A stretch of DNA of 24,000 nt from Pseudomonas nitroreducens NBRC 12694 (GCF_002091755.1 NZ_BDAI01000005.1:142110-166109); one strand, 5' to 3'; shown: positions 8,163 to 15,015, counted from the first letter of the stretch. Made by a program: numbers and translations. The notes: a model not told the origin generated them from the letters alone.

Positions 8163-9170
8163 CTAGTGGTAGCCGTCGCCGTGCTTCACCTTGCCGCGGA
8201 ACACGTAGTAGCTCCACGCGGTGTAGACGAGGATGAAGGGAATGATGAACAGCGCGCCCACCAGCATGAAGCCCAGGCTCTGCGGCGGCGCCGCGGCGTC
8301 CCAGATCGACATCGACGGCGGGATGATGTTCGGCCACAGGCTGATGCCCAGCCCGCTGTAGCCCAGGAAGATCAGCGCCAGGGTGAGCAGGAACGGCTTC
8401 ACATGGTCATTGCGCGCCACCGAGCGCAGCAGGCTGTAGAAGGTCAGCAGCACCAGCAGCGGCACCGGCAGGAACCAGAACAGGTTCGGCAGGCTGAACC
8501 AGCGCTGGGCGATGTCCTCGTGGGCCAGCGGCGTCCACAGGCTGACGATGCCGATCACTGCCAGCAGCACCAACGCCAGGGGCTTCGCCAGGTCATGCAT
8601 GCGCTGCTGCAGCGGGCCCTCGGTTTTCATGATCAGCCAGGTGCAGCCCAGCAGGGTGTATGCCACCACCAGGCCCAGGCCGCAGAACAGCGGGAACGGT
8701 GCCAGCCAGTCCAGCGCGCCGCCGGCGAAGGCGCGGTTTTCCACCGGGATGCCCTCGATGAAGGCCCCCAGCGCCACGCCCTGGAAGAAGGTCGCCACCA
8801 GCGAACCGACGATGAACGATTTGTCCCAGATGTGCCGTTTCGCCGGCCGGGCCTTGAAGCGGAACTCGAAGGCCACGCCGCGGAAGATCAGCCCCATCAG
8901 CATCAGGATCAGCGGCAGGTACAGCGCCGAGAGTACCGCCGAATAGGCCACCGGGAAGGCGCCGAACAACGCCGCGCCGCCCAATACCAGCCAGGTCTCG
9001 TTGCCGTCCCAGACCGGCGCCACGGTGTTCATCATGACGTCACGGTCGCCCTCGTCCTGGCAGAACGGATAGAGCATGCCGATCCCCAGGTCGAAGCCGT
9101 CCATCACCACATACATCATCACGCCGAAGATGATGATGATCGCCCAGATCAGCGGAAGGTCGATGCCCAT
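8163..9170 (-). CDS. cioB: Cytochrome bd-type (cyanide-insensitive) quinol oxidase subunit II
   Basis: 335 aa. MGIDLPLIWAIIIIFGVMMYVVMDGFDLGIGMLYPF is the canonical CydB/CioB N terminus. The start is 2 nt after the subunit I stop (TGAGCATG). Confidence 0.9.
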   Translation of the reverse strand: MGIDLPLIWAIIIIFGVMMYVVMDGFDLGIGMLYPFCQDEGDRDVMMNTVAPVWDGNETWLVLGGAALFGAFPVAYSAVLSALYLPLILMLMGLIFRGVAFEFRFKARPAKRHIWDKSFIVGSLVATFFQGVALGAFIEGIPVENRAFAGGALDWLAPFPLFCGLGLVVAYTLLGCTWLIMKTEGPLQQRMHDLAKPLALVLLAVIGIVSLWTPLAHEDIAQRWFSLPNLFWFLPVPLLVLLTFYSLLRSVARNDHVKPFLLTLALIFLGYSGLGISLWPNIIPPSMSIWDAAAPPQSLGFMLVGALFIIPFILVYTAWSYYVFRGKVKHGDGYH

Positions 9171-9172
9171 GC

Positions 9173-10612
9173 TCAGTTCCTCCCTGCCGGACTGTCGGTT
9201 TCATCGTCGTCGAGGCCCTCGGCGGTCGCCGACAGCGGCCGCGCCGGAGTGCGTTGCTGGCCGGCGCCACCCTGGCTGGTTTCGCGCCCCTCATGGGTGA
9301 TCGGGCCCTTGCGCACCAGGCGCATCATGTAGCCGATGCCCACGCCGAACAGCGAGAAGTACACCACCACGAACATCACCAGGGTGATGCTCATCTGCGT
9401 CACGCTGTGGTTGGACACCGCATCGCTGGTACGCATCAGCCCGTAGACCACCCACGGCTGGCGACCGATCTCGGTGGTGAACCAGCCGGCGAGGATCGCG
9501 ATCAGGCCGGACGGCCCCATCCACAGCACCAGCTTGAGGAAGGCGCGACTCTCGAACAGCCGCTTGCGCCAGCGCAGCCAGGCGCTCCACAGGCCGACGA
9601 AGATCATCAGCATCCCCAGGCCGGCCATGATGCGGAACGACCAGAACACGATGGTGGAATTGGGCCGGTCGGCCTTCGGGAAATCCTTCAGCGCCGGGAT
9701 CGGCTCGGTCAGGCTGTGATTCAGGATCAGGCTGCCGAGTACCGGAATCTCGACCTTGAAGCGGGTTTCCTCGCGCTCCATGTCCGGCCAGCCGAACAGG
9801 ATCAACGGGGTCGGTTCGCCGCTGCTGTTATCCCAGTGGCCTTCCATCGCGGCGATCTTCGCCGGCTGGTGCTTCAGCGTGTTGAGGCCGTGGGCGTCAC
9901 CGACCATGGCCTGGATCGGCGCGACGATCAGCGCCATCCACATCGCCATCGAGAGCATCTTGCGGATCGCCGGGTTGTCACGGCCACGCAGCAGGTGCCA
10001 GGCCGCCGAGGCGCCAACGAAGAAGGCGGTGGCAACGAACGAGGCGATCGCCATGTGCAGCAGGCGATAGGGGAAGGACGGGTTGAAGATGATCGCCACC
10101 CAGTCCACCGGCACCACCACGCCATTGACGATCTCGTGGCCCTGCGGGGTCTGCATCCAGCTGTTGGAAGCGAGGATCCAGAAGGTCGAGATCAGCGTGC
10201 CGATCGCCACCATCACCGTGGCGAAGAAGTGCAGGCCGGGGCCGACGCGGTGCCAGCCAAAAAGCATGACGCCGAGGAAGCCGGCCTCGAGGAAGAAGGC
10301 GGTCAGCACTTCGTAGGTCAGCAGCGGGCCGGTGACGCTCCCGGCGAACGCCGAGAAGGCGCTCCAGTTGGTGCCGAACTGATAGGCCATGACGAGGCCG
10401 GAGACCACGCCCATGCCGAAGTTGACGGCGAATATCTTCGACCAGAAGTGATAGAGGTCGCGGTAGACCTCCTCCTGGGTCTTCAGCCACAGCCCTTCGA
10501 GCACTGCCAGGTAGCTGGCGAGGCCGATGGTGATGGCAGGGAAGATGATGTGGAAGGACACGGTAAAGGCGAACTGGATCCGGGCCAGGTCGAGCGCCTC
10601 TAATCCGAACAT
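9173..10612 (-). CDS. cioA: Cytochrome bd-type (cyanide-insensitive) quinol oxidase subunit I
   Basis: 479 aa. MFGLEALDLARIQFAFTVSFHIIFPAITIGLASYLAVLEG is the canonical CydA/CioA N terminus. GAGGAA lies upstream of the ATG. The length is consistent with a short-Q-loop CIO type. The symbol rests on family and synteny recall. Confidence 0.9.
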   Translation of the reverse strand: MFGLEALDLARIQFAFTVSFHIIFPAITIGLASYLAVLEGLWLKTQEEVYRDLYHFWSKIFAVNFGMGVVSGLVMAYQFGTNWSAFSAFAGSVTGPLLTYEVLTAFFLEAGFLGVMLFGWHRVGPGLHFFATVMVAIGTLISTFWILASNSWMQTPQGHEIVNGVVVPVDWVAIIFNPSFPYRLLHMAIASFVATAFFVGASAAWHLLRGRDNPAIRKMLSMAMWMALIVAPIQAMVGDAHGLNTLKHQPAKIAAMEGHWDNSSGEPTPLILFGWPDMEREETRFKVEIPVLGSLILNHSLTEPIPALKDFPKADRPNSTIVFWSFRIMAGLGMLMIFVGLWSAWLRWRKRLFESRAFLKLVLWMGPSGLIAILAGWFTTEIGRQPWVVYGLMRTSDAVSNHSVTQMSITLVMFVVVYFSLFGVGIGYMMRLVRKGPITHEGRETSQGGAGQQRTPARPLSATAEGLDDDETDSPAGRN

Positions 10613-10665
10613 GACGATTCCTCTTCAGGCTGACGCCCACCCCACGGAGGGTCGGCACCGTACCT

Positions 10666-10677
10666 TGCGCATGCGCA
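10666..10677. promoter_or_regulatory. Perfect 12-bp palindrome TGCGCATGCGCA in the cioA leader/promoter region
   Basis: The sequence is self-complementary and lies 54-65 bp upstream of the cioA ATG. The binding factor is unknown. Confidence 0.3.
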
Positions 10678-10787
10678 GGGCGTTCTTGCGTGATGTCTGT
10701 GTTGCTTGATGGATCTTTTTCGAGCCGCCGATCTCCTGTCAGTTCGGGTTTCTTTTGCCGCCCAATCAGAATGGACCGCCATCCGCA

Positions 10788-10801
10788 TTGACGCCGCTCA
10801 A
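10788..10801. promoter_or_regulatory. Candidate Anr/FNR-type box (TTGACgccgCTCAA)
   Basis: It matches 8 of 10 positions of TTGAT-N4-ATCAA and is itself an inverted repeat. It lies about 180 bp upstream of cioA. By established knowledge, cioAB in P. aeruginosa is Anr-influenced. Confidence 0.3.
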
Positions 10802-10855
10802 GAAAACGACTCGATTTTACGCGTGCCCGCGGTGCGGGCTGGAGTGGTGGGTTGC

Positions 10856-10876
10856 CGCGCGACGGGGTGTCGCGCG
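10856..10876. promoter_or_regulatory. 8-bp perfect inverted repeat CGCGCGAC-N5-GTCGCGCG containing a PrrA/RegA/RoxR-type GCGAC-N5-GTCGC core
   Basis: The repeat is seen directly in the sequence. The core fits the GCGNC-N5-GNCGC pattern I recall for PrrA/RegA-family regulators. RoxR, a PrrA homologue, is the known activator of cioAB in Pseudomonas. It lies about 250 bp upstream of cioA. Confidence 0.3.
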
Positions 10877-11086
10877 ACAGGATGTCTCATCCGATCAGCC
10901 CGTTCGATATGAACAAAATCGAATATGAAAATGAAAAATTAATATTTTATTGGAATAAAAAAGCCGGGTAACTTTCGTCTCAACCGCTGCCAAGTGAGCT
11001 GCGGAACTAGAATCCACCGCCCGTACGAAGGCCCCATCCCGGCCGGCCCGGACGCCAGCGGTCATCTGCCCCACAAGGACATCGCA

Positions 11087-11866
11087 ATGAAAAAGCTGCT
11101 GCTTCTGACCGCCCTCGCCGCTGCCTTCAGCACCTCTGCCTTCGCCAATGAGAAGCTCGTTGTCGCTGCCACCCCGATCCCCCACGCCGAGATCCTCGAG
11201 CTGATCAAGCCGACCCTGGCCAAGGAAGGCGTGGACCTGGAGATCAAGGTCTTCACCGACTACGTGCAGCCCAACGTGCAGGTCGCCGAAAAGCGCCTGG
11301 ATGCCAACTACTTCCAGACCAAGCCGTACCTGGATAACTTCAACAAGGGCAAGGGCACCAACCTGGTCACCGTGACCGGCGTGCACGTCGAGCCCTTCGG
11401 CGGCTACTCGAAGAAATACAAGTCCATCGACCAATTGCCGGACGGCGCCACCGTCGCCCTGCCCAACGAAGGCAGCAACAGCGGCCGCGCCCTGCTCCTG
11501 CTACAGAAGGCCGGCGTGATCAAGCTCAAGGACCCGAGCAACGCCCTGGCCACCCCGAAAGACATCGCCGAGAACCCCAAGCACCTGAAGTTCAAGGAGC
11601 TGGAATCGGCCCTGCTGCCGCGCGTGCTGGACCAGGTCGACCTGGACCTGATCAACACCAACTACGCGCTGGAAGCCAAGCTCAACCCGGTGAAGGACGC
11701 GCTGATCCTCGAAGACCGCAACTCGCCCTACGTGAACTACCTGGTGGCGCGACCGGACAACAAGGACAGCGATGCGCTGAAGAAGCTCTCCGCCGCCCTG
11801 ACCAGCCCGGAAGTCAAAGCCTTCATCGAGAAGAAGTACAACGGCGCCGTGGTGCCCGCCTTCTGA
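11087..11866 (+). CDS. MetQ/NlpA-family periplasmic substrate-binding protein (methionine/organosulfur type), orphan
   Basis: 259 aa from ATG 11087, with AAGGA 8 nt upstream. The signal peptide MKKLLLLTALAAAFSTSAFA/NEK has no lipobox Cys. The body (VAATPIPHAEILE..., NSGRALLLLQKAGVIKLKD, NTNYALEA) is typical of the NlpA/MetQ family. No cognate permease or ATPase gene is adjacent. Confidence 0.85.
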   Translation: MKKLLLLTALAAAFSTSAFANEKLVVAATPIPHAEILELIKPTLAKEGVDLEIKVFTDYVQPNVQVAEKRLDANYFQTKPYLDNFNKGKGTNLVTVTGVHVEPFGGYSKKYKSIDQLPDGATVALPNEGSNSGRALLLLQKAGVIKLKDPSNALATPKDIAENPKHLKFKELESALLPRVLDQVDLDLINTNYALEAKLNPVKDALILEDRNSPYVNYLVARPDNKDSDALKKLSAALTSPEVKAFIEKKYNGAVVPAF

Positions 11867-11934
11867 TCCGTCGCCCGGCCATCCGCCGGGCGCAACGACT
11901 CCCACGCTGGGCGCGCCCTTGGCGCACCCGCTTC

Positions 11935-11970
11935 AACGCCGGTGGGCAGGTTCCACCGGCGTTTTTCTTT
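11935..11970 (+). terminator. Strong Rho-independent terminator
   Basis: A 9-bp GC-rich stem, CGCCGGTGG/CCACCGGCG (11937-11945 / 11953-11961), has a 7-nt loop and is extended by A-T pairs. It is followed by TTTTTCTTT. It ends only 15 nt before the next ATG. Confidence 0.8.
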
Positions 11971-11984
11971 CCCAAGGACTTGCC

Positions 11985-13175
11985 ATGAGCGACCACGCCA
12001 AAGGCCCTTCCACCCGCGCCGTACAAAGCGGCCACGACGCCGACCGGCGCATGGTCACCCGTGCCAAGAGCCAGCCGATCTACCAGAGCTCGGTGTTCGT
12101 CTACGACTCCCTGGAGCAGGTCGACGACTTTCTCGCCGGCAACCCCGACAACTACATGTACACGCGCATCGGCAACCCCAACCACCGCGCCGTGGAGGAA
12201 TTGCTGCGCGACCTGGAAGGCGGCGAGGACGCGCTGTTCTCCGCCTCCGGCATGGCGGCCATTTCCGCCGCGCTGCTCGGCGTGCTCGGCGCCGGTGATC
12301 ACCTGATCGCCAGCCGCGAGCTGTACGGCACCACCCAGAGCCTGATCGAGAAGGAGCTGACACGCTTCGGCATCGCGGCCACCCTGCTCGACCTCAACGA
12401 CCTGGCCGCGGTGAAAGCGGCGATCACCCCGACCACGAAACTGATCTACACCGAGACCGCCTCCAACCCGCTGGTGCGCGTGAGCAATGTCCCGGCGCTG
12501 GCCGATCTCGCCCATCGCCAGGGCCTCAAGCTGCTGGTGGACAACACCTTCCTCTCGCCGGTGCTCTACCAGCCGCTGCGCGATGGTGCCGACCTGGTGA
12601 TCCACAGCACGACCAAATACCTGAACGGCCACAGCGACGCCATGGGTGGCGCACTGGTCGGCGACGCACAATGGATCGCCGCGGCGCGGCGTTTCCAGAT
12701 CAACGCCGGCGGCAGCGCCAGTCCCTTCGAGAGCTGGCTGAACTTCCGTGGCGCGAAAACCCTCGCACTGCGCATGCGCGCGCATTCGCAGAACGCCCAG
12801 GCACTGGCCGAGGCCCTCGAGGCGCACCCGCAGGTGGAGCGCGTCTACTATCCCGGCCTGCCCTCGCACCCGGACCATGCACTGGCGCAACGCCTGTTCC
12901 GCAAAGGCCACTCGGGCATGCTCAGCTTCACCCTGAAGGGCGGCCTGGACCAGGTCGACACGCTGATCGGCGCGCTGCAACTGGCCGCCTTCGCCCCGTC
13001 GCTGGCCGGTGTCGCCAGCAGCATCACCCACCCCGGCAAGACCTCGCACCGTGCGCTGTCCGCCGAGGCGCTGACCGCGCTGGATATCCACGACGGCACC
13101 ATCCGAGTCTCGGTGGGCATCGAGGACAGCCAGGACATCGTCAGTGACTTCCTGCAGGCGCTGGACGCGCTGTAA
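11985..13175 (+). CDS. Cys/Met-metabolism PLP-dependent enzyme (cystathionine gamma-synthase / beta-lyase / methionine gamma-lyase family)
   Basis: 396 aa from ATG 11985, with AAGGA upstream. The PLP-lysine signature is DLVIHSTTKYLNGHSDAMGG. The N-terminal region (SQPIYQSSVFVYDS..., YTRIGNPN) is typical of the family. The reaction specificity cannot be called from the sequence alone. Confidence 0.85.
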   Translation: MSDHAKGPSTRAVQSGHDADRRMVTRAKSQPIYQSSVFVYDSLEQVDDFLAGNPDNYMYTRIGNPNHRAVEELLRDLEGGEDALFSASGMAAISAALLGVLGAGDHLIASRELYGTTQSLIEKELTRFGIAATLLDLNDLAAVKAAITPTTKLIYTETASNPLVRVSNVPALADLAHRQGLKLLVDNTFLSPVLYQPLRDGADLVIHSTTKYLNGHSDAMGGALVGDAQWIAAARRFQINAGGSASPFESWLNFRGAKTLALRMRAHSQNAQALAEALEAHPQVERVYYPGLPSHPDHALAQRLFRKGHSGMLSFTLKGGLDQVDTLIGALQLAAFAPSLAGVASSITHPGKTSHRALSAEALTALDIHDGTIRVSVGIEDSQDIVSDFLQALDAL

Positions 13176-13194
13176 GAGCAGAAGGAGATTTTCC

Positions 13195-14154
13195 ATGAAC
13201 GCCCCCCACGCACCGCTACCGCTGCTGACCTTCCCCGACGCCGACAAGAGCCCGCTGAGCATCCGCGCCAAGGCGCTGGTGTTCTTCGACCCTCGCTCCC
13301 ACGAAGTGCGCGACGAGGTAGAGCGCCTGGCGCCATTGCCGCAACCGGTGCTGATCCATGGCGAGACCGGCACCGGCAAGGAGCTGCTGGCCCGTCACAT
13401 CCACCGCGCCAGCGAGCGCCCCGGCCTGTTCGTCGCGGTGAGCTGCAGCGCGCTGAGCCGCAACTACGCCGACGCCGAGCTGTTCGGCTACGCGCCAGGC
13501 GCGCACAACGGCCCGGTGGGCAGCCGCGCCGGCTGGTTCGGCTCGGCCAATGGCGGCACCCTCTATCTCGACGAGATCGCCGACCTGCCGCTGTCGCTGC
13601 AACAGAAGCTGCTGCGCGTGCTGCAGGAACGTGAAGTGCTGCGCGTCGGCGCGCGCGAGCCGGTGCCGGTGGACGTGCGTCTGGTCGCCGCCACCAGTAT
13701 CGACCTGGGGCAGGCGGTGAAGGCGGGGAAATTCCTCGAAGGACTGCAGCAATACCTGCACGACGGCAACCTGACCTTGCCGCCGCTGCGCGAGCGCAGC
13801 GGCGATATCCAGCCGCTGGCCGAGTACTTCCTAGGCGTGCACGCGCAACGCCTGGAACTGCCGGTGCCACAGATCGCCAGCGACACCCAGCGCGCGCTGG
13901 AAAGCTATTCGTGGCCGGGCAATATCCGCGAGCTGGAAAACGTCATCCACTTCGCCTTGCTGGTCAGCCCGGACGAAGAGATTCGCCCGGAGCACCTGAA
14001 TTTTTCGGGCGGCGCGGCCGGGTCAGGCGGCGTAGCGGGGCCAGGCGGGAAAACGGAAGTGAACGAAGCGGCACTGGAACGCCTGGTGCGCCAGCCCGGC
14101 GTCGAGGCGCAGTTGCGTGCGCTGCTGCAACGCCTGGAGCGCGAGCGCGGCTGA
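13195..14154 (+). CDS. Sigma-54-interaction-domain (bEBP-type) AAA+ protein consisting of the AAA+ core only, with degenerate GAFTGA and arginine-finger positions
   Basis: 319 aa from ATG 13195, with GAAGGAGA upstream, 19 nt after the PLP-gene stop. Walker A is GETGTGKE, Walker B is GGTLYLDEI, and the motif WPGNIRELENVI is present. The GAFTGA position reads GAHNGP. The FRxDLYYRL position reads FLEGLQQYL. I cannot recognise an N-terminal sensor domain or a C-terminal Fis-type HTH. Confidence 0.8.
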   Translation: MNAPHAPLPLLTFPDADKSPLSIRAKALVFFDPRSHEVRDEVERLAPLPQPVLIHGETGTGKELLARHIHRASERPGLFVAVSCSALSRNYADAELFGYAPGAHNGPVGSRAGWFGSANGGTLYLDEIADLPLSLQQKLLRVLQEREVLRVGAREPVPVDVRLVAATSIDLGQAVKAGKFLEGLQQYLHDGNLTLPPLRERSGDIQPLAEYFLGVHAQRLELPVPQIASDTQRALESYSWPGNIRELENVIHFALLVSPDEEIRPEHLNFSGGAAGSGGVAGPGGKTEVNEAALERLVRQPGVEAQLRALLQRLERERG

Positions 14155-14212
14155 TGCCGCGCTGTAGTCGCCAGCGCGACCCGAAGGGCCGCGCACGGGC
14201 GACGGGGCAGTC

Positions 14213-14548
14213 TTACTTGGTGGCGGTGTTGGAGTGCGCGACCACTGGAGTGCACGACGGGTTGGTCAGCTTGGCCGGATCGGTCAGCAGGCCCGGCATC
14301 ATGCGCGAGGTGCAGTTGAACACGCGGCCTTTGGTGGTGGTGGCGACGTAGGAGAGTTCCTGGCCACCCAGGGCGTCCGGCTGACCGGCTTTGACGTCGC
14401 TGACGACCAACTCGTCGGAGGAAGCCAGACCGATCATCTGGGCGGTGGCGGCCTGCAGCGGAACGATGGCCTGGTTGGTGGTCATGGTCTGGCAGCCAGC
14501 CAGCGAAGCGAAGAGTGCAGTGGCAAGGGCGATGCGTTTGAAGTCCAT
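14213..14548 (-). CDS. Small hypothetical lipoprotein
   Basis: 111 aa. The signal with lipobox is MDFKRIALATALFASLAGC. There are two further Cys residues (FNCTS, PSCTP). GGGAG lies upstream of the ATG. No family is recognised. Confidence 0.7.
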   Translation of the reverse strand: MDFKRIALATALFASLAGCQTMTTNQAIVPLQAATAQMIGLASSDELVVSDVKAGQPDALGGQELSYVATTTKGRVFNCTSRMMPGLLTDPAKLTNPSCTPVVAHSNTATK

Positions 14549-14634
14549 CTCGATGATGCTCCCTGTTGGTGGTTTTTTGTCCTGCCGGGGGAGACTAACG
14601 GAATCAACAAGTCAATCGCCATAGCCGATTCACA

Positions 14635-14652
14635 AGTTTTTCACGAAAAACT
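14635..14652. promoter_or_regulatory. Perfect 18-bp palindrome AGTTTTTC-AC-GAAAAACT (candidate dimeric-regulator operator)
   Basis: It has 8-bp perfect arms and a 2-bp centre, too tight for an RNA hairpin. It lies 87-104 bp upstream of the lipoprotein ATG, in the long intergenic region. Confidence 0.35.
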
Positions 14653-15015
14653 GCACACTCGTTCAAGCTTCCAGACTTGAACCCGCTCTATTTCGGCGAT
14701 TGTGCTAAGGGAATACCTGTTTCTCGCCGTTGACAGCCGTCTATCGCGTAAAAGCCAGAGCCTGCGCTGAACCGTTTCACCTTTGGCGACGAATGGTCGC
14801 AGTGAAAGGCCGGGCCGACCCGCAGGTCGGCAGGAGGGAATCCTGAGCAAACAGTCAAAAACATGACTATTACTCGCAAATATCGTAAAAATCAGTCTCA
14901 TCGACCATATCAATACCTGCCATCGAGATCATTCACTTCTTTTTGTCACAATCTTCAGGGAAAATGGCTAACAGGCGGTCGGGACCCATTTTCCCCGGCG
15001 CCATTGGAGACTATC

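Noticed and set aside
6650-10658. ORFs 6650-7915(-), 7222-7941(-), 8166-9332(+), 9254-10603(+) and 9978-10658(-), which overlap the MFS and cioAB genes
   Set aside because: They are antisense or off-frame relative to genes with clear family signatures and membrane-protein composition. Their products are Arg/Gly/His/Gln/Asp-rich and have no start-site support.
10909-10971. A 20-codon ORF (MNKIEYENEKLIFYWNKKAG) inside the AT-rich island
   Set aside because: There is no SD sequence. The codon usage (ATA, TTA, AAT, AAA) is completely unlike the host genes. The frame is most simply a by-product of AT-rich regulatory DNA. It would be worth revisiting only if ribosome profiling shows occupancy.
11823-13886. 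ORFs 11823-13379(-, 518 aa), 12848-13870(-, 340 aa) and 13216-13761(-), opposite the PLP and AAA+ genes
   Set aside because: Shadow ORFs. The plus-strand frames carry the PLP-lysine signature and the Walker motifs, whereas the minus-strand translations are Arg/Ala/Gly-rich with no motifs.
14155-14212. GC hairpins between the convergent AAA+ and lipoprotein genes (CGCGCTG-N7-CAGCGCG at 14158-14178), considered as a bidirectional terminator
   Set aside because: The stems are real, but neither strand has a U-tract. I cannot distinguish a terminator from incidental GC-rich pairing, so it is not listed as a feature.
14607-14621. A near-match to a sigma-54 promoter on the minus strand upstream of the lipoprotein gene (TGGCGA-N5-TTGT)
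   Set aside because: The spacing and the -24 GG are right, and the position (about 60-70 nt before the ATG) is plausible. But the near-invariant -12 GC is GT. The only bEBP-like protein nearby has a degenerate GAFTGA and no DNA-binding domain. It is not strong enough to call, though it could be tested by RpoN dependence of the lipoprotein transcript.
14674-14684. A tRNA T-arm-like string (minus strand GGGTTCAAGTC), which might have marked a tRNA fragment or island attachment site
   Set aside because: The flanking bases cannot form the T-stem (GCGGG...CTGGA) or an acceptor stem. There is no integrase or direct repeat nearby. The string is part of the GTTCAAG-N8-CTTGAAC hairpin instead.
14863-15015. 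The upstream two-thirds of track ORF 14863-15135 (MTITRKYRKNQSHRPYQYLPSRSF...), and a 25-codon ATG ORF at 14964 (MANRRSGPIFPGAIGDYRDQLCRSC)
   Set aside because: The 14863 start lies in AT-rich DNA with atypical codons and no SD sequence. The 14964 ORF has only a poorly spaced AGGGA and overlaps the better-supported GTG-initiated frame. I kept only the 15016-15135 frame, and that at low confidence.
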